From positions 35,933-69,668 of the forward strand of contig MU057666.1 in the NCBI GenBank assembly GCA_013265495.1: a stretch of 33,736 nucleotides of DNA, read 5' to 3'. Both the position numbers and the translations under genes were made by a program. Numbering within the stretch: the stretch's first letter is position 1; every line of letters starts with the position of its first letter. Under the pieces are notes generated by a model. The model did not search any database and was not told the DNA's origin. It worked only from the letters and a program-made list of their open reading frames with translations. Source of the stretch: Vicugna vicugna. Lineage: Eukaryota. Below are positions 1 through 13,583 of this stretch, piece by piece.

Positions 1-130
1 GAATGGAAGGATCCTATCTGCCCAGGGCTGTAGGCCCGTCTCAGTCTGGCCCTTGAGGCTGCTAAGCCCTTCGGTGCAGACGCAGGTTTCGCCTCTGCCC
101 CCGCCTGGGTGTTACAGAAGCTGTCTTCTT

Positions 131-157
131 TTTGTTGTTGTTGTTGTTGTTGTTTTT
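131..157. repeat. (TTG)n microsatellite
   Basis: tttgttgttgttgttgttgttgttttt. Confidence 0.85.
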
Positions 158-159
158 CT

Positions 160-300
160 ACAACTCAGGTCCTTCAACTGTAAAGTGCGAATAATAACAA
201 TGACAACAATAATAATAACAGTGCCCATTTCATACCGTTGAGGATTCAGTATTAAGCACTCAGGAGAGTGTCTGGCCACAATAAATCCTATATGAGTGCT
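160..300 (+). mobile_element. MIR SINE fragment
   Basis: ctcaggtccttcaactgtaaagtgcgaataataac...gaggatt...aagcactcaggagagtgtctggc resembles the MIR core and 3' part. Confidence 0.55.
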
Positions 301-619
301 CTAAAATTTAAAAAAAAATTATAAAATGGACTTCCATGTACAACTTCTTAAAAAAAATTTGTGGTTGAATAATTTTGAAAACAATTCATTTGCAGTGGTT
401 TTGCCCCCTAGGGCTTGGATTTTCCCTCTAAGGCTGGGTCTCCGTGATCAGTGGAAGTGACCTGGGGCACCTGCAGCCAATCTGGCTTTTCCTGTACCTT
501 GCTCAGTTTGTTTGTTTTGGTGCCTAGGACGTATCGTCTGATATTTGCTTGTCTCCCAGAATTAAGTGTTCACCAGAATGATTCTCATTATCAGTATTCA
601 AGTTGAAGTATATTATCCC

Positions 620-1116
620 TGGAAATCTCATTACTTAAATCCTCCTCTTTTACAAAGGTACAGTCAATTTTAGGGACATTAACCTAAGACCTAATCAGGT
701 GAGCCCAGAGAAAGGACTAGGCTCTTCCTGCAAAAGGAGGTTCAAGGAGAGAGAGAGGGATGTGACATGGGGAGTCTCCACTGCTGGGTTTGAAGATGGA
801 GGGGTCTCGGGGTAAGAAATTCAAGTCTCTGGAAGCTGGGAGAGGCCCCAGCTGACAGCTGACAAGGAAGCAGGGACCTCACTTCTGCAGCCCTGGGACC
901 TGGGTCCTGCTACAACCACGTGAGCTTAAGAGAGGAGTTTGAGCTCCAGAACAGAGGGCAGCTGCTGACAGCGTGAGTCCAGCCTCGTGAGAACCTGAGC
1001 AGAGAAGAAATCACCCTGCTTGACTCCCAACCCCAGGAGACTGGCAGATAGTAAATGGGTGTTGTTTTAAGCCGCTGTTTGTGGCAGTCTGCTCTGCAGA
1101 AACAGAGACCTAATAC
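620..1116 (+). mobile_element. MaLR LTR (MLT1E-like)
   Basis: Typical MLT1 motifs: gctgggtttgaagatggagggg, cagctgacagctgacaaggaagcagggacctca, aaatgggtgttgttttaagccgctgtttgtggcag...ctaataca. The 5' boundary is uncertain. Confidence 0.75.
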
Positions 1117-4100
1117 ATTATCCCTAGCCCAGAGCACACGCTGGGCTTCTCCAGGCACAAATCCACCTGCTTAATCCTCCCCAGCTGTGGCTGGTGGGGG
1201 AGCTGGTTTTCTCTACAAACCTCTGCAGACAATTGGAAAGCTGGGGCATGGTCACCGTTGCATTTGGGGTTTTGCTGCTTAGCTGACAATGAACCCGTGG
1301 TGGGGAAACAGAGATCCATCCCCTTCACCCTCAAAGATCCTACAGCCAGAATCATGTCCTTTCCTTGTCCACTGTACTAAACCAGCAGGGAATTCCAGGT
1401 GGGTTACATCACAACGCCCTGTCTCAGAGTCCACACAGAGGAAATAAAAGAGAAGAGGACACTTCTGTAGGACATGTGGTGTAAAAGGATATCTTGTTCA
1501 TAGGACAGAAGGAAGGAAGTGGCAACGCTATCCTTTTGCCCTAGTGCCATTTAAAAGACAAACAGATTCTCTTTACACTCTTGCTGGGGAAGTTTTTTAA
1601 GGCCTCAAAGAGAGTGTGGAATTCACTGATCTAACATAAAATTCTACCCCTTGGCTAACTCTTCATATGAAGTAAATGAACTGACAGAACATTGTGGAAC
1701 ATTTTTTGAGCTATTTCTGCACAACCAGACAAACTTCCCCTCCTAGTAGGAGTTCCAATGGTGGGCTCATTCTGTGCTTCTGGGATTCACCCCAGTTGTC
1801 CAACAAGCACATAAGCAGCAATAGGGCAAAGATGCAATGCCTGTCCCTTTGCTTGCTAACCCCCACCTTAGGTCCCCCCGACACACACACAAAGACCAGG
1901 TAGAAGTCTTTAACCCCCAGCACAGGTGATTAATCACGGACGGAGGAGCCCCTCAGTTGAAAGCCAGCAGAGCGTAGCACCACCATCTGTTTTACATTAG
2001 CTATTGCTGAAATGCCAGTGGCCTGAAACGATTTAGAAAATGCCCCTCTCCGTGCCTTCTGTCTCTTTCTCTGCCTCTCTCTGCATCTCCAGCTGGTAAC
2101 CAAGTGACAAAGATATTTCGGGAGCAGCAGCTCTGTCCTCCCTCAATGATGCAGTGAGCCTTGGATGCTGGGGGCCTCAGACAGCCCATCTTGGGTGGGA
2201 TTCTATTTGGACTCCTCTGCTTCATTGAGGGATTTCAAAGCGGTAGAACTAACAATGTTTCTGGGTTTGGGGGGAAGAAAAGAACTTGTAGGAATTCTGT
2301 TTTTTATCCACTGAACTCTCCACCAAGGTAGATGCTGAGAAGACCTTTAAAAACTCCGCGTCTAATGACCCTAGCTTCATCTCCCTGATCACCGTCCTTA
2401 TGGTCCTCACTGTCTCCTCTTCACAGAGATCCTGGGTGAAGAGTAACTTACCAAGACCATCTGTAAGATAAGCTTGATGGTTCAGATGGAAAAGGGTAGT
2501 TTGCAGCCCTAAACAGCTGGCTCTGCAGAAGAGCATCATCTTACGAAAGTAGTTTGTGAATGGATCTCATGTCAAATATAAACAGTAGGAAAGTGAGAAA
2601 ATTCCACACGGGAGAGAGAACGGCTGTCACCCCGTGTACTCTTTTCTTTCCCCCTTCAAAGCCCTAAATCCTCCCAGTCACTCACATTTTTTTAAACCTA
2701 TCAAACTCAAGTGTAAAAATATGTGTGCCCTGTTCCAGGGATCACAGCAAAGGTCCAAGGTCACAGCTGGAAGGCACGGGGGCCACTTTCTCCAAGTCCA
2801 TGTCGGGTTACAAGCAGGGTCAGTACCTCACCTGCCAATTTCATGATAAGATTTCACAAATGATCAGGATGAAAGAAATAATCCAGACAAAATAATGCAA
2901 TAAGGAAGTCTGGCTGTATTTGTCAGTGCAAATGCATTATATTTTAAATCTTTTATCTTAATTTCCTCTCCAGAGGGTAAAGAAAGAAAAATGATTGAGA
3001 TACATGAATTAATGAAGTTACTTGAAAGACCTAGCCATTTTATTCAGCTCCTTCTAATAACTGAATTTAACAAAAAACAGAAATTTAAGACTTTTGTATT
3101 TATAAAAAGTTTTTATAAATGTATAAAAACATAAAAACTTTTTAATAAATTCTGTACCCAGAAATGGTATAGAATGAGTTATCTGGAGTGAACTTGCCTG
3201 AGTGGACGTAACAACAGAGGCACACAGCTTCTACTGCTTCCCAAAGCAGATGAAATACTCAGAGGGATGTTGATCAGAATCATATTTTCATTTAAATCCA
3301 GTCTCGCTATGAAGTTGCTAGCTTTATTTCTCTATCTGGGCTCAGAATTCAGTTTTCTCTCTTGACTTTGTTACTTTGACTAGTCGTGTGCTGGGTGCCA
3401 ATGTAATGAACATCAGAGGTTTGATAGTTGTTTAAGCCCCTTAGCCTCTTTTTAGTCCATGGTCTCAATAGAACCACAGTGTGGCTGAATGAGAGTTGGG
3501 GCGACTCAAAATAACCCCATCCAATTCAGATAACTAACCTAAATGTCCATGCTCTTAAATGTCATGTTTTAAATTGTAATTTACAATTTACTGATAACGA
3601 TGCAATTTATAACTTTCTGTCTCATCACATCCTCCGTTCCAAAAAAATGTCCTGAATTTCTGAGAGTGTGTTACTACTTCCAAAATATACACTCTTTCCT
3701 GTTCTGGCCAGTCTTCCAGAGCTATTCCAATTTCTCGTCTTTTAAATTTTCTCTTGGGAAGCACTATGCCCAGGGTCCACTTTCTGCCTCCAAAAAGTAC
3801 ACAGTATTGGGGGAATTTAGCACCATAATAATGGGAACAGTCTCAGTATCTGCCATGGCCTGGGACTAGGTTCTGTGAGAAAAAAGCAGAAGGGCTTGTA
3901 GTAAAAGCCAGCCAAGAAGCCCTGAGAGTCCCTGTAAAAGGAAGAGATTCATCTTCAATCCTTTGAACATTGTTTTTCTTTTTTCCTTTAGCTACTTTTA
4001 TTCCATTCCAGGTCAAGAGTTTATTTACTAAGTCAATAGAGAAAGATTGGGAAACTGTCTAAAATATACGACGTCTTCCCACAGCCTACGTCCATCAGAA

Positions 4101-4137
4101 TGTCTGGGAAAGAATGTCCCAGACTGAGGTTAAGCAC

Positions 4138-4546
4138 TGTGGCAAAGATTGGCTAACTGTTCACCGAAGCCATTTCCTTCTCCCAGGAAGACAGTTAACT
4201 TCATTTCCCAGGATCCTTTGTGGTTAGGCAAGGGTCACATGACTGAGTTGTGCCAATAGGATGTGGGAGAAATGAAATGTGCTTTTATGGCCCCTGAAAA
4301 CATCACACACATGATCCTCTATGCTCCTTACCCCTTTGGTGGCAATGTTGGGAGCCATATGTTGAAGCTGGAGGAGCCACAAGAAGGAAGAGGCTGAGTT
4401 CCTAGAAGAGAACTATCTGCCTGACAGGAGCACCCATTTTGGACTTTATATCTGCAACATATGCATCTATTGTGTTATATCTTGGAGTTTGTCTGTTACA
4501 ACAGCTTAATAACCTGGTTACAAGTTAGTTAACCTTGACCAATACT
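4138..4546 (+). mobile_element. MaLR LTR (MLT1J-like)
   Basis: Starts tgtggcaaagattggctaactgttcacc; contains catttcccagg...ggtcacatgactgagtt; ends gtttgtctgttacaacagc...accaatac. Confidence 0.7.
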
Positions 4547-5642
4547 GGCCTTGTAAAGAAAGATACCGTGAAAATTTTCAAGGATTCAAGACTCTAATGC
4601 CTTTTTACTTTTCAGTAGCTGAATGGTGTAAATTCTTAATTCTCCTGTGGGAATTTTAGTTTCTCAACCTCTCATTACTAGTCACCAGTAATGTCATGAA
4701 AACATGAAGTTTCTTGACTGAAAAAGATCCTAAGTGCAAGTCATCTTTAAGACGGGGGAGAGGAGGGAAGGAGGTTCCTCCTGTGTACTCAGTGGGAAAT
4801 GCCATTTTTGATGCTTAAGAATCAACCTACTCACCTCTATTTGGAAATATAATTCAACTTGAACAGAGAGGATTAGCTGGTGCCCAGTCCTTGCTGATGA
4901 CTGGGTATAAAAGACTCAAATGCACTTTTGAGCTTTGGATGGTGTCTCCATAGGAAATCTTAAGTGAGGGACTCAGCTAACTGCCTGGATAATTAATGGA
5001 AAAACTCCATTTCTGTTTCTGCTATTTGAGTAGCATTGGCTTGATTTATCCAGCTTACTTCTGTTTTAGATGGTTCTAGACAAAGCCTTAGAGAACGTAA
5101 TAATGCAAAACCATTTGCTTGTTGAAAGAATAGAAGAGGAATTCGAGATTTTGGCCTATGCATTTACTTACCAGGGGAGTGCTTTTAACTCCAGTATTTG
5201 AACCATAATAATTCTATAGGTAACCTCTAAAGAAATGATATGGTCATTGTTTATAGAGGGTGATTAGATTCCAAGCCTTGTCCAAGAAATTTGCTTGGCC
5301 CCAAATCAGGCATTCAGTATTCATTCATTCACATATTTGATGCTTAAGACACCATTAAGTAATCACTACTATTTAAAGGACTGGGTTAGAGAGTGTGTGA
5401 TGAACACAGGAGCAAAGTTTGCATGAAACATGCAGGGAAGGATTATTTCCTGACTGAGGATACTAAGATAGGGATGAGAAGGCTGAACAGGGGTTCAAGA
5501 GATAAAGAATGTGCTTAGAGTGTTGTAGGGGGAGAGATGAGGGTCTTCCAGAGAGAGGAAATACCACACCTGTGCAGGAGGGCGGTACCAGTGCCTTTTG
5601 TGAATAGTTGATGGGATAGGCCAGAGGCTTATATTGAATGGA

Positions 5643-5900
5643 ATCATTCGTTCAGCCAACATACACTGCTTGAGGTTGGGGACAGTGTACCTGCCCTCAT
5701 GGTACTTATGTTCTCCTAAGGGGGACAGACAATAACCAAGGAACCAAGGACATAACTCCAGGTGGTGATCGGTGCTGTGAGGGAAAATGGTGCAGAATAA
5801 GGGACTAGATAGAGTCACCCATGAGGGAGGGGGTGACCTTTTAGAAAGGGTGGTTAGGGGAGGTCTCTCTGGGTTGGTGGCTGGAACTGGAAGTGTCACT
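5643..5900 (-). mobile_element. L2 LINE 3' fragment
   Basis: cattcgttcagccaaca...cctgccctcatggtacttatgttct...ggggacagacaataa...gtgctgtgagggaaaat is an antisense L2 3'-end signature. Confidence 0.65.
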
Positions 5901-6369
5901 CTATCATGAACCTCTGTTCCAAGCTATTCTGAGTCCAGATTTTGCTTGGTCCCCAAATTTGGGTATGAGCCTGTTCTGAGAGATGAGCTGAAGTAGCAGA
6001 AAACACAAGAGCATTTGTGTCTGGGGTCAGGAGCAAGGAAGGTCTTTGTGGTGGTCAAGGGGCCAAAATGAGGGAAGGAAATCAGAGAGGACACCAATTG
6101 TTTTCTAGGATTTTAATGTTGACTAATCTGTGGGTTTGAACATGATCTGAACTTCTTCAACTAACAGTACATCCCCCTTTTCCACTGCTGTTCCTTTCTG
6201 CACAGAAACCACAGTCATCTTTCACCCTGTGGATATTCTTGTAGACCAGAACCAGGGATTTTGCAGAGAAGGGACAGAATACTCAGTTTTAATTTTAGAA
6301 TAGGCAACATCACGGTAAGTAGTGACTTCCATAATAGAACCAAACATGGATTTAAAAGACCTCACCCAA

Positions 6370-6696
6370 CGAATGAATTTATTTTCAAAACAGAAACAGA
6401 CTCTCACACATAGAGAACAAACTTGTGGTTACCAGGGAGGAAGAGGGGTTAGAGGGGATAAATTGGGAGTTAGAGATTTGCAGATACTAACTGATATATA
6501 TAAAATAGATAAACAACAAGTTCATGCTGTATAGCACAGGGAACTGTACATGATGTCTTGCAGTAACATATGTTGAAAAAGAATATGAAAAACAAATATA
6601 TGTATGTTCATGTATGACTGAAGTATTTTGCTGTACACCAGAAATTGACACAACATTGTAAACTGACTATACTTCAACTAAAAAAAATATATATAT
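6370..6696 (+). mobile_element. 5'-truncated L1 3' end (camelid/artiodactyl type) with 15-bp TSD
   Basis: aaacagaaacagactc...gagaacaaacttgtggttacc...ctgtatagcacagggaact...gctgtacaccagaaattgacacaacattgtaaactgactatacttcaa followed by an A/TA tail. Perfect TSD aaagacctcacccaa at 6355-6369 and 6697-6711, at a TTT/AAAA site. Confidence 0.92.
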
Positions 6697-8537
6697 AAAG
6701 ACCTCACCCAAATCTCTCCATCCCAGAGGCTGAAACTCAGAGTGAAAAAGATCAGTGATCCCACGAGCTGAGAGTCCTCGCTCCCCAGCCTCAACAAAGA
6801 CAGCTTGGGACATGCGGACAGATTCTTTCGGGCTGAGGTAACAGCTTCTTTGCAGACAGAATGTTTTGAACATTTCTCAAGTCATACAAGAAGTAGAACC
6901 TCAGTTAGAGTCCGTGTGAGGAGGCCCTCTGTTGGGCTGATGCAATTCTGATTTTCCAAAGGGCAGCGGATGTCCAGCTTGAGGAAGATCCCCTGTACTG
7001 AAACAGTGGACGGGGGTTTTTAGCTCTAATTTTTGATTCAGTTTCCCCATCTTTCTCTTATTGGCTTTCCTGCTAAAATTCACCCAAGCCTAGGTCTCCA
7101 TACTCTGACAGGCTAATTAAGCTTTTCCTTCATACTGAAAGTGGAGAATTGAGGTAATTATCTAGATAGTAAGTTTGATTGATAATTTAAAGATGACGGG
7201 GGAGGGATGCTAGAAATCCCCTCAGATCATGTCTCATCTTTTTGCAGCAATAATCCCAGAATACTATACTCAGAAAACACATTAAATTAAAAAGATAAAA
7301 TGCCTCATTGTGTCCCATCCTGTCAAATTTGTATATTTTTGAGGAACCTGATACCTAATTGCTTTATATCCAGGAAGAACATGATTCATTATTCCATCTT
7401 AATTTGAACTTTAGTATTTCTCTACCTATACAACATGCAGACACATTTGCCCGCCTCTCCCACCCAGAAACTCCTTCCCTTTAAGGAAAGGGCAAAGAGG
7501 GGCAAGTGTGATTTTGAAGAAAAATAGAAAATTCTATTTTTCTTAACTTCATTGTTTAAGCACAGGAGATTTTATAAGCGATGATGAAGGTGTAGTCTAC
7601 TGAAATCGGATCCTATACATTAGGAATTGGGACTCTGTATTTATTTTCACTTGTAAGTGTATTTCCACCACTATTTTCCTCTCCAGGAAAACACTGCTGA
7701 CCACTCAATTATAAACAAATCAAACATGTTCATGCATATGATAGCAACGGGCGGTTTTGCAATTCACAAAGTTGGTTTTATCCCATCAGCCTCTCCCAGA
7801 AGTCACAGCAGGAAAAGTTGACTGAATCAAGGGATTATTTTCCTACAGCCGTTTTGGTGAGATAAGGAACGTGTTAGCCATGGAGTGATCCTCTGTCTGC
7901 TCTGACGTGGAGAGGTTTTCATCACCTTTTCAGTGACTCTGATACAGGCTCGAGTTTCAGAAGCACGTTTCTACATAACAGAAAGGAAACAGAGGGGCAA
8001 TTTGTGCAGGAGGAAATGCAAAGTGGGCAGAGGACAGAATACTGACAAATGCAAACAGGGAAGAGGACCTAGCAGCAAAGGGGAGGAAGAACAGACAGAG
8101 AAATAGAGAACCAGAAAAGAGGAGCATCTTCCACAATGAAGGGAAGACTGTTCTCAAGGAGAGAAAGGACATGAAGAGCTCGGTCAAGTCTGGAAGGAGG
8201 AGGGCCAGCAGGGTAGGTGGGCATCTGGGACCTCTGAGGGAGCAGACCCATGGAGACAGGCAGAGGATGAGGGCTGATGGCGGAGTGGGGAGGATGAGGG
8301 GGAGTAGGCAGAATGGGCCACTCTTTTGAGAAGATTTGCAGCAAAGAAATGGGTGTGACTCAGTGGCTGTTGAAATGGAAGAAGGGATAAGGTGCAGCTT
8401 TTTAGGATGAAGGAAATGAACGAGTTCATGGTTGAGCAAAGGGGCCGGTGCCTTTAGAAGGTGGTTAGAGAATCAAGCACAGAGATGTGAAGGGGATGAA
8501 GGTGGTTTATCTGCTGAGCTAAGAAGGAAAGAGAGGA

Positions 8538-9285
8538 GTCAATGAATATTTGGTGAGAACTCGTAATTGCCAGGCTCTGTTCTCAGTGTGATGAACAAAA
8601 CAGACAAAATGCTTGTTCTCCTGGAGTTTATACCCTAGGGAAACCAGAAAGTGAGCAGAGGCATATATGATTTATCAGCTGTTCATAAATGGTATGAAGA
8701 GTGAAGCAAGGTAAGGAGAGTTGGCGAGACACAGAGGTGTGTGCCATTAAGGATACAGCTGCTCTGCTCCTAAGGCTGATTTTGAGTAAAGATGGGAGGA
8801 CAGTGAGGAGTGGGCCACATGGGTGTTGGCAGACGCGCTGTTCTAGAGAGGCCAGCAAGTGCAAAGGCCCTCTGTGGGAGCTGTTTCCCGAGTTCTAGGA
8901 AAAACCAGGATGCCAGCTGCTGGAAGTGGACCAAGCAAGGGCAGGAGTTGGGGGAAACATGGAAACCACGCCCCGAGAAGCCCTGAAGGGCTGTCTGGAC
9001 TTTACACTGAATAAGATGGGAAGCAGTGGAAAGTTCTGCGTGGAGGTCAGAGCAGCTTTTTTTTTTTAAAGATAACTTTGGCTTCTGTGTAGAGAACAAG
9101 TCAAGGGCAGGAGTGAGGAGACTGTTCAGGAGCCGCTCCAGGGATTAAGGGGAGAGCTGATGGAGGCTGTGGCAGAAACAGGGAGAGGCGACCCGATTCC
9201 AGGAATATGGCAAAGGTAGTGCTGCAGGATTTGCTGGTGGAGTAGGTGTGAGCCTGAGAGACAGGAAGATTCCAGGATGAGGAGA
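8538..9285 (-). mobile_element. L2 LINE fragment
   Basis: tcaatgaatatttggtgagaact...tgccaggctctgttctcag...gatgaacaaaacagacaaaat...ggactttacactgaataagatgggaagc...aagataactttggcttctgtgtagagaa is antisense L2. Confidence 0.7.
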
Positions 9286-9329
9286 AAATATTGGAAAAAT
9301 TGGAGAAGGAAGATGCATTAAAAGTAACA

Positions 9330-9545
9330 GTAATTGTTCACCTTTTCTGAGTGTTCACTAAGCATCCAGCATCAAAGGAAGTTCACCATCTATATTACAT
9401 CCTTTAATCCCCCCCACAACCCCAACTTACAAGCATAGAACTGAGGCTAGAGAGGGTAGGCAACTTGCCGTTCATGGAGCCAGTGGTGGGTCAGAGACTG
9501 GGCCCCATGCAGTCTGGCTGCAAAGCACACGCCCTAAGTCCTCCT
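9330..9545 (-). mobile_element. MIR SINE
   Basis: ttctgagtgttcactaag...tttaatccccccacaac...gaactgaggctagagagggtaggcaacttgcc...cagtctggctgcaaagcac is antisense MIR. Confidence 0.65.
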
Positions 9546-11569
9546 CGCCGTCCAACTTTTATTTTCTCTGAGAAGTGAGCGGTTACCCTGAGTTGGGGGA
9601 ACGGAGGGTAGGGACACAGAGCCAAAATTGGAGGTTCAAAAAGAATGTTGAATAATTAACTGAAAAATATGCATCAAAGATTTAAATAGATAAAAGACGA
9701 ACGCCGACAGTGCTTTCTTTAGGGGAGTGGTGGTCGTGGTTTGGGGCTCACCCTCCTGTGATTATTTGTGCCACATCTAGATGAAGAAAATGACCGAGCT
9801 GCCATCATTCTGGGTCTTTTCAAAAGTGATGTCCTTCCCTGAGGGGTCCCTGTGCCCAAGGGCTCCCTGCAGCTGCCACAACTGGTGTGGGCCTGACTTC
9901 CAGCACCCTGTCCTGTGAGAGAAGCACCCCTCCATCTTTTTAGCATAAACAGACCTGAAATCGGGTGTATCTGCAAGATGGAAGTTGAGTCATGACATAT
10001 TCATTAAGCCTGGCAAGTGGGTTTGACACTCAGAGGAACCCCAAATTAATTCAAGGCACAGTTCTTGCTGTTAAGGAGTTTGCAGTGTTAGTCTGGCTGG
10101 TGGACCCCCCCAACATCCATTAGAATGGAGGGACCAAGTCTCCACTTCGGACTCACCATGCTACATAGGGTGACAGCAGGGAGACTAAAAGTGCCTCCGG
10201 GCCTGGGGAAGGCACGGGCCATCGCAGTCCCTCAGCTCACGTGCATTAACGCTGCCAGCAGCCTGGCGGCAGGGTGAGGGTGGCTGTTTGTGCATAAACA
10301 CTGTCATTTCACGGGACTGCTATTTCATCTTTGAACCTTGGCTTCAAAGGAACACTGACCTTATTCCTGTTGCCTGCCTTTCTTTGAAGCGTATGGCTTT
10401 GCCTTGCAGATGAAAGTGAAGACATTCATCAAGGAACAGATCCAGCCAACAGCTCCCTAAAGTCAGCCCAAAACAAAGCCTCGGAAGGCTCCAATCACAG
10501 CTGCAGGGGAGAGGGTGGAAGCTGAAGGCTGGGGTGAGGCTCTGTCGCAGGTCCCCTAAGGCAGCTCTGGCTTGATATACTGTGCCCCTTTGAGCTCTGG
10601 GCAACTTTGCCCTGAGAGTTGGTCTGTCTCTGTAGAAAGGGGTGAGTCAATGCAAAGTTCCCCACCAGTCATTTTTATCTTATTTAAAGCAGGCATTGTC
10701 GTCAGTGCGGCTGGCGTGGTCACTCACTGTGTGCCTTTGATGCTTCTGTCAGTTTCTTTCCTACCACTTTCTTTTGTCCATTCCTTTGAAAAGAAACTGC
10801 CCAATCTTTCTCCCTGATTCTCCTATCTTAACCCTAAGTCTGTATGCACATAACTTCCCCTGCTGTTTATTTATTTCTTTTCTCTCTCAAGATGGCAAGA
10901 AGAATGAAGAGAGAAACTTTAATGGGAAGTTAAAAATAATAACCAAACAATTCTTTAGTTATCAGGCTAAGAGCGAGAACCAAGGGAAGTATCGCCCACC
11001 ATGGAGGAAGGAAAACTGATGATAGACAGCTATCAACGGACCTGTGATCACATCTTTAAATGTAATTTTTCTGTGGATCTTTTCTGATCAGATAAACAGA
11101 GTGAGTTGTCTGTGATCAAGTGGTAAAGCAGCACAGAGGCTGGAAGGAAATGATTGTCTAACTGGGTACATGTTAATCAACTGATTCTGATTACATACAC
11201 CCTACAGGGCTTAAGAACTTAGTGATCCGTATTGAGACATAGACAATTTCCAGAGTTACTTTTTTTTCTAGTTATTCATCTTTAAAATAAGACCAATGGA
11301 TAATTTGGGTCATTTTAGGACAATATATCTAGCTTGCATTTTAGCTTAAGTCTCAGATCACTGTTTTCCATTAAGAAATGCACAAGATTGAGAAGATCAT
11401 TAAGATGACCTTGTGAGAAGCCAGTGGTTCCAGACCAGTTTTTTCACACAACCTGACAGCTCCTGTGGGAATGGAGACAGCTCTATTTTTAGCTTCAGTT
11501 TTGAAAGTTTGAATGCTATCTGCTTATTCTTATCTATATCCATGTCCCTTACCTTACTACCTCCACTCC

Positions 11570-11862
11570 CTGAAATTTGGGTGGGCCTTGTGCCTGGCTT
11601 TGGACAATGGATTGTAAGCAAGGTGGTGAGTGTCACTTCCAGGCTGATGCTTTCTCATTGTGGGGGCCACGTGGCGAGATGGCCAAGCCTCAAGCTAGCA
11701 GCAGCTTGAGTCACTTCCCATGGAGGGGCAGTGTGCAGAGAGGGGTCCACTTTGCATTAGATCTGGTGCAAGCAAGAGGTAAACCCTGGTTCAGTTAAGC
11801 CACTGAGATTGTCAAGGTTTATTTGTTACACTGGCCTAATTTCACTCATCCTCACTGATCCA
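11570..11862 (+). mobile_element. MaLR LTR fragment (MLT1K/L-like)
   Basis: gtgtcacttccaggctgatgcttt...gttaagccactgagatt...tttatttgttacac...ctcatcctcactgatcca is an MLT1 3'-end pattern. Confidence 0.55.
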
Positions 11863-11999
11863 GGAGCTTGAAGGAAATCTAGTCTTACCTCACTTCCAAC
11901 AGAGGAATCCTTCCTACAGCATTCCTGAGACACAGCCCAAATACTTCTTGGGAATAAGACCAAGTAATGTAGCAGGCCATTATATAATGCTTACGATAT

Positions 12000-12255
12000 A
12001 TAACATTGTTTTCAGTCAAAATGTAAAGTATTTTATATGTCTTAATTCACCTAAGCCTCACAAAAACCTTAACTCTTCGATATTCTCTTCTTATTTTACA
12101 GCTGGAGGAACTGAAGCACAGAGAAATAAACTTGCTCGGGGTTGAACAGATAAGTTAAGTCACGTGCCTAAGGCCACACAGCAAGTCAAGTAGTCTCCCA
12201 GGGGTCAAGTCCAGGCAGCTGCTCTCCGTTTGCGCCTGTAACCACTGCACCATGC
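12000..12255 (-). mobile_element. MIR SINE fragments
   Basis: ttattttacagctggaggaactgaagcacagagaaataaacttgctcgggg...cctaaggccacacagcaagt. Confidence 0.6.
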
Positions 12256-13456
12256 AGCCTCCCTGAACTGGGTTCTGATTGCCTTTTCTCACAGACTATT
12301 CAGTAAGACACAGAATCATAGATCCCAAAAGACGAGGCTGGAAAGGAACTCAGAGCTCAATCAATTGTTTCATTTCACATGGAGGAACAAAATCACCCTG
12401 AAAGCCATTTTCTTGCTTTAGAAAAAAAAGTTTCTCCTTTTTTTTCAACCCAGTGACCTGGGGAGCACTGTGGCTCCAGAAAAGGGCTTTCAGGAACCAT
12501 CAGTTTGGAGGAAGGTGGAGATACAACTTCATCCAGACCAGCCCTGTACTAATCCATTTTATACAGCAGGCTTCTGTGAATAAGGCCTTCTGCTGCTTTA
12601 ATTAAATTGAAAAATGATGGGTCGTCCTTACTTCTGCTCAAATAGCAGACTTGGAAGTCTGCACTAAACAAGGCAGAGCTTCTCATCAGCTGGGAGTTCG
12701 CAGAACATGGCTTTTACAGCCCAGCGGGAAGGTCTGGGGCTGGGATGACTTGTTGCTTCCACAAATGCATTCACTAGATTGCCTTTTCATCACTATTCAT
12801 CACTATAGTAGGATATAAACTGTAGGATAGAAAGAGAGTTACCAGAGCCTTTGATGAAACAATTTTTCAAATAAAAGTTTAAGCTCATTTGAGTTGAAAA
12901 AAGTAGCCACCTTGGCTGTGGGGACCCAACATCAGAGAAATGGCTGGGAAGTTACCATTGTGAGTGTTCTGTCCATGTGTCCTTAAGTGGGCTGCAGTGG
13001 AATTCTTCTTTCCCATCCCTGACTGGTAATGAATGATGAATGAATGAATAGATAGATGGGTGAGTGGATGAAAAAAAAATGTATATTGAACTGATTAGTT
13101 TGTTCTCGGGGAAACACAATTTACAGTCTCAACCAAGCACACCAAGGTTTGCTCCATTTTAACACAACTAAACAAGATTATCCACATTTGCTGGTCATGT
13201 TAAGTGGTGAATTAGAAAGCTTTCTTTGCTTTCAAAACCCCCGTCTTTGTGCTGAGAGCAGTTCTAGTACATTTCTTCTCCCTCTACTATTATGTATTAT
13301 GTACTGTTGATGTACAAATGGCGTGGTTTACAAATTGGTTATGTCAAGAAAAAGGTGTATATTTGACAAGGGGGGAGGTTGATGGAGCAGAAGAGAGACA
13401 GGAAAAGGTCTAGGAAAGGAGTTCAGGGGAGGTGTGCTCACTGCAGACCCTCTTAC

Positions 13457-13583
13457 CTTGCGTGGTCCCATCCAGTCCCATGATGAATTTCACTGATCTG
13501 ATGATTTGCTCTGCTATCGGGGGGCTCATGGATGTAGCATATGCAGTGCTGTGCAAGTAAACCCGTAAATAACCCACAAGGTC
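13457..13583 (-). CDS. SPTLC3: SPTLC3-like coding exon (about exon 9) with a non-canonical (GG) acceptor
   Basis: Translates as [43 protein letters not shown], matching SPTLC3 [43 protein letters not shown], which directly follows ...AGRK. Donor CAAG|GTAAGA is intact; the acceptor reads ttattaaGG|GAC. Confidence 0.88.

Noticed and set aside
7957..8439. Three overlapping minus-strand ORFs, one hydrophobic
   Set aside because: Explained by purine/pyrimidine strand bias next to an L2 remnant; no recognisable homology.
1..13400. Next SPTLC3 exon (LQRVQQLAKNTRYFRQRL...)
   Set aside because: Not found by eye. It may lie beyond the window or be absent.
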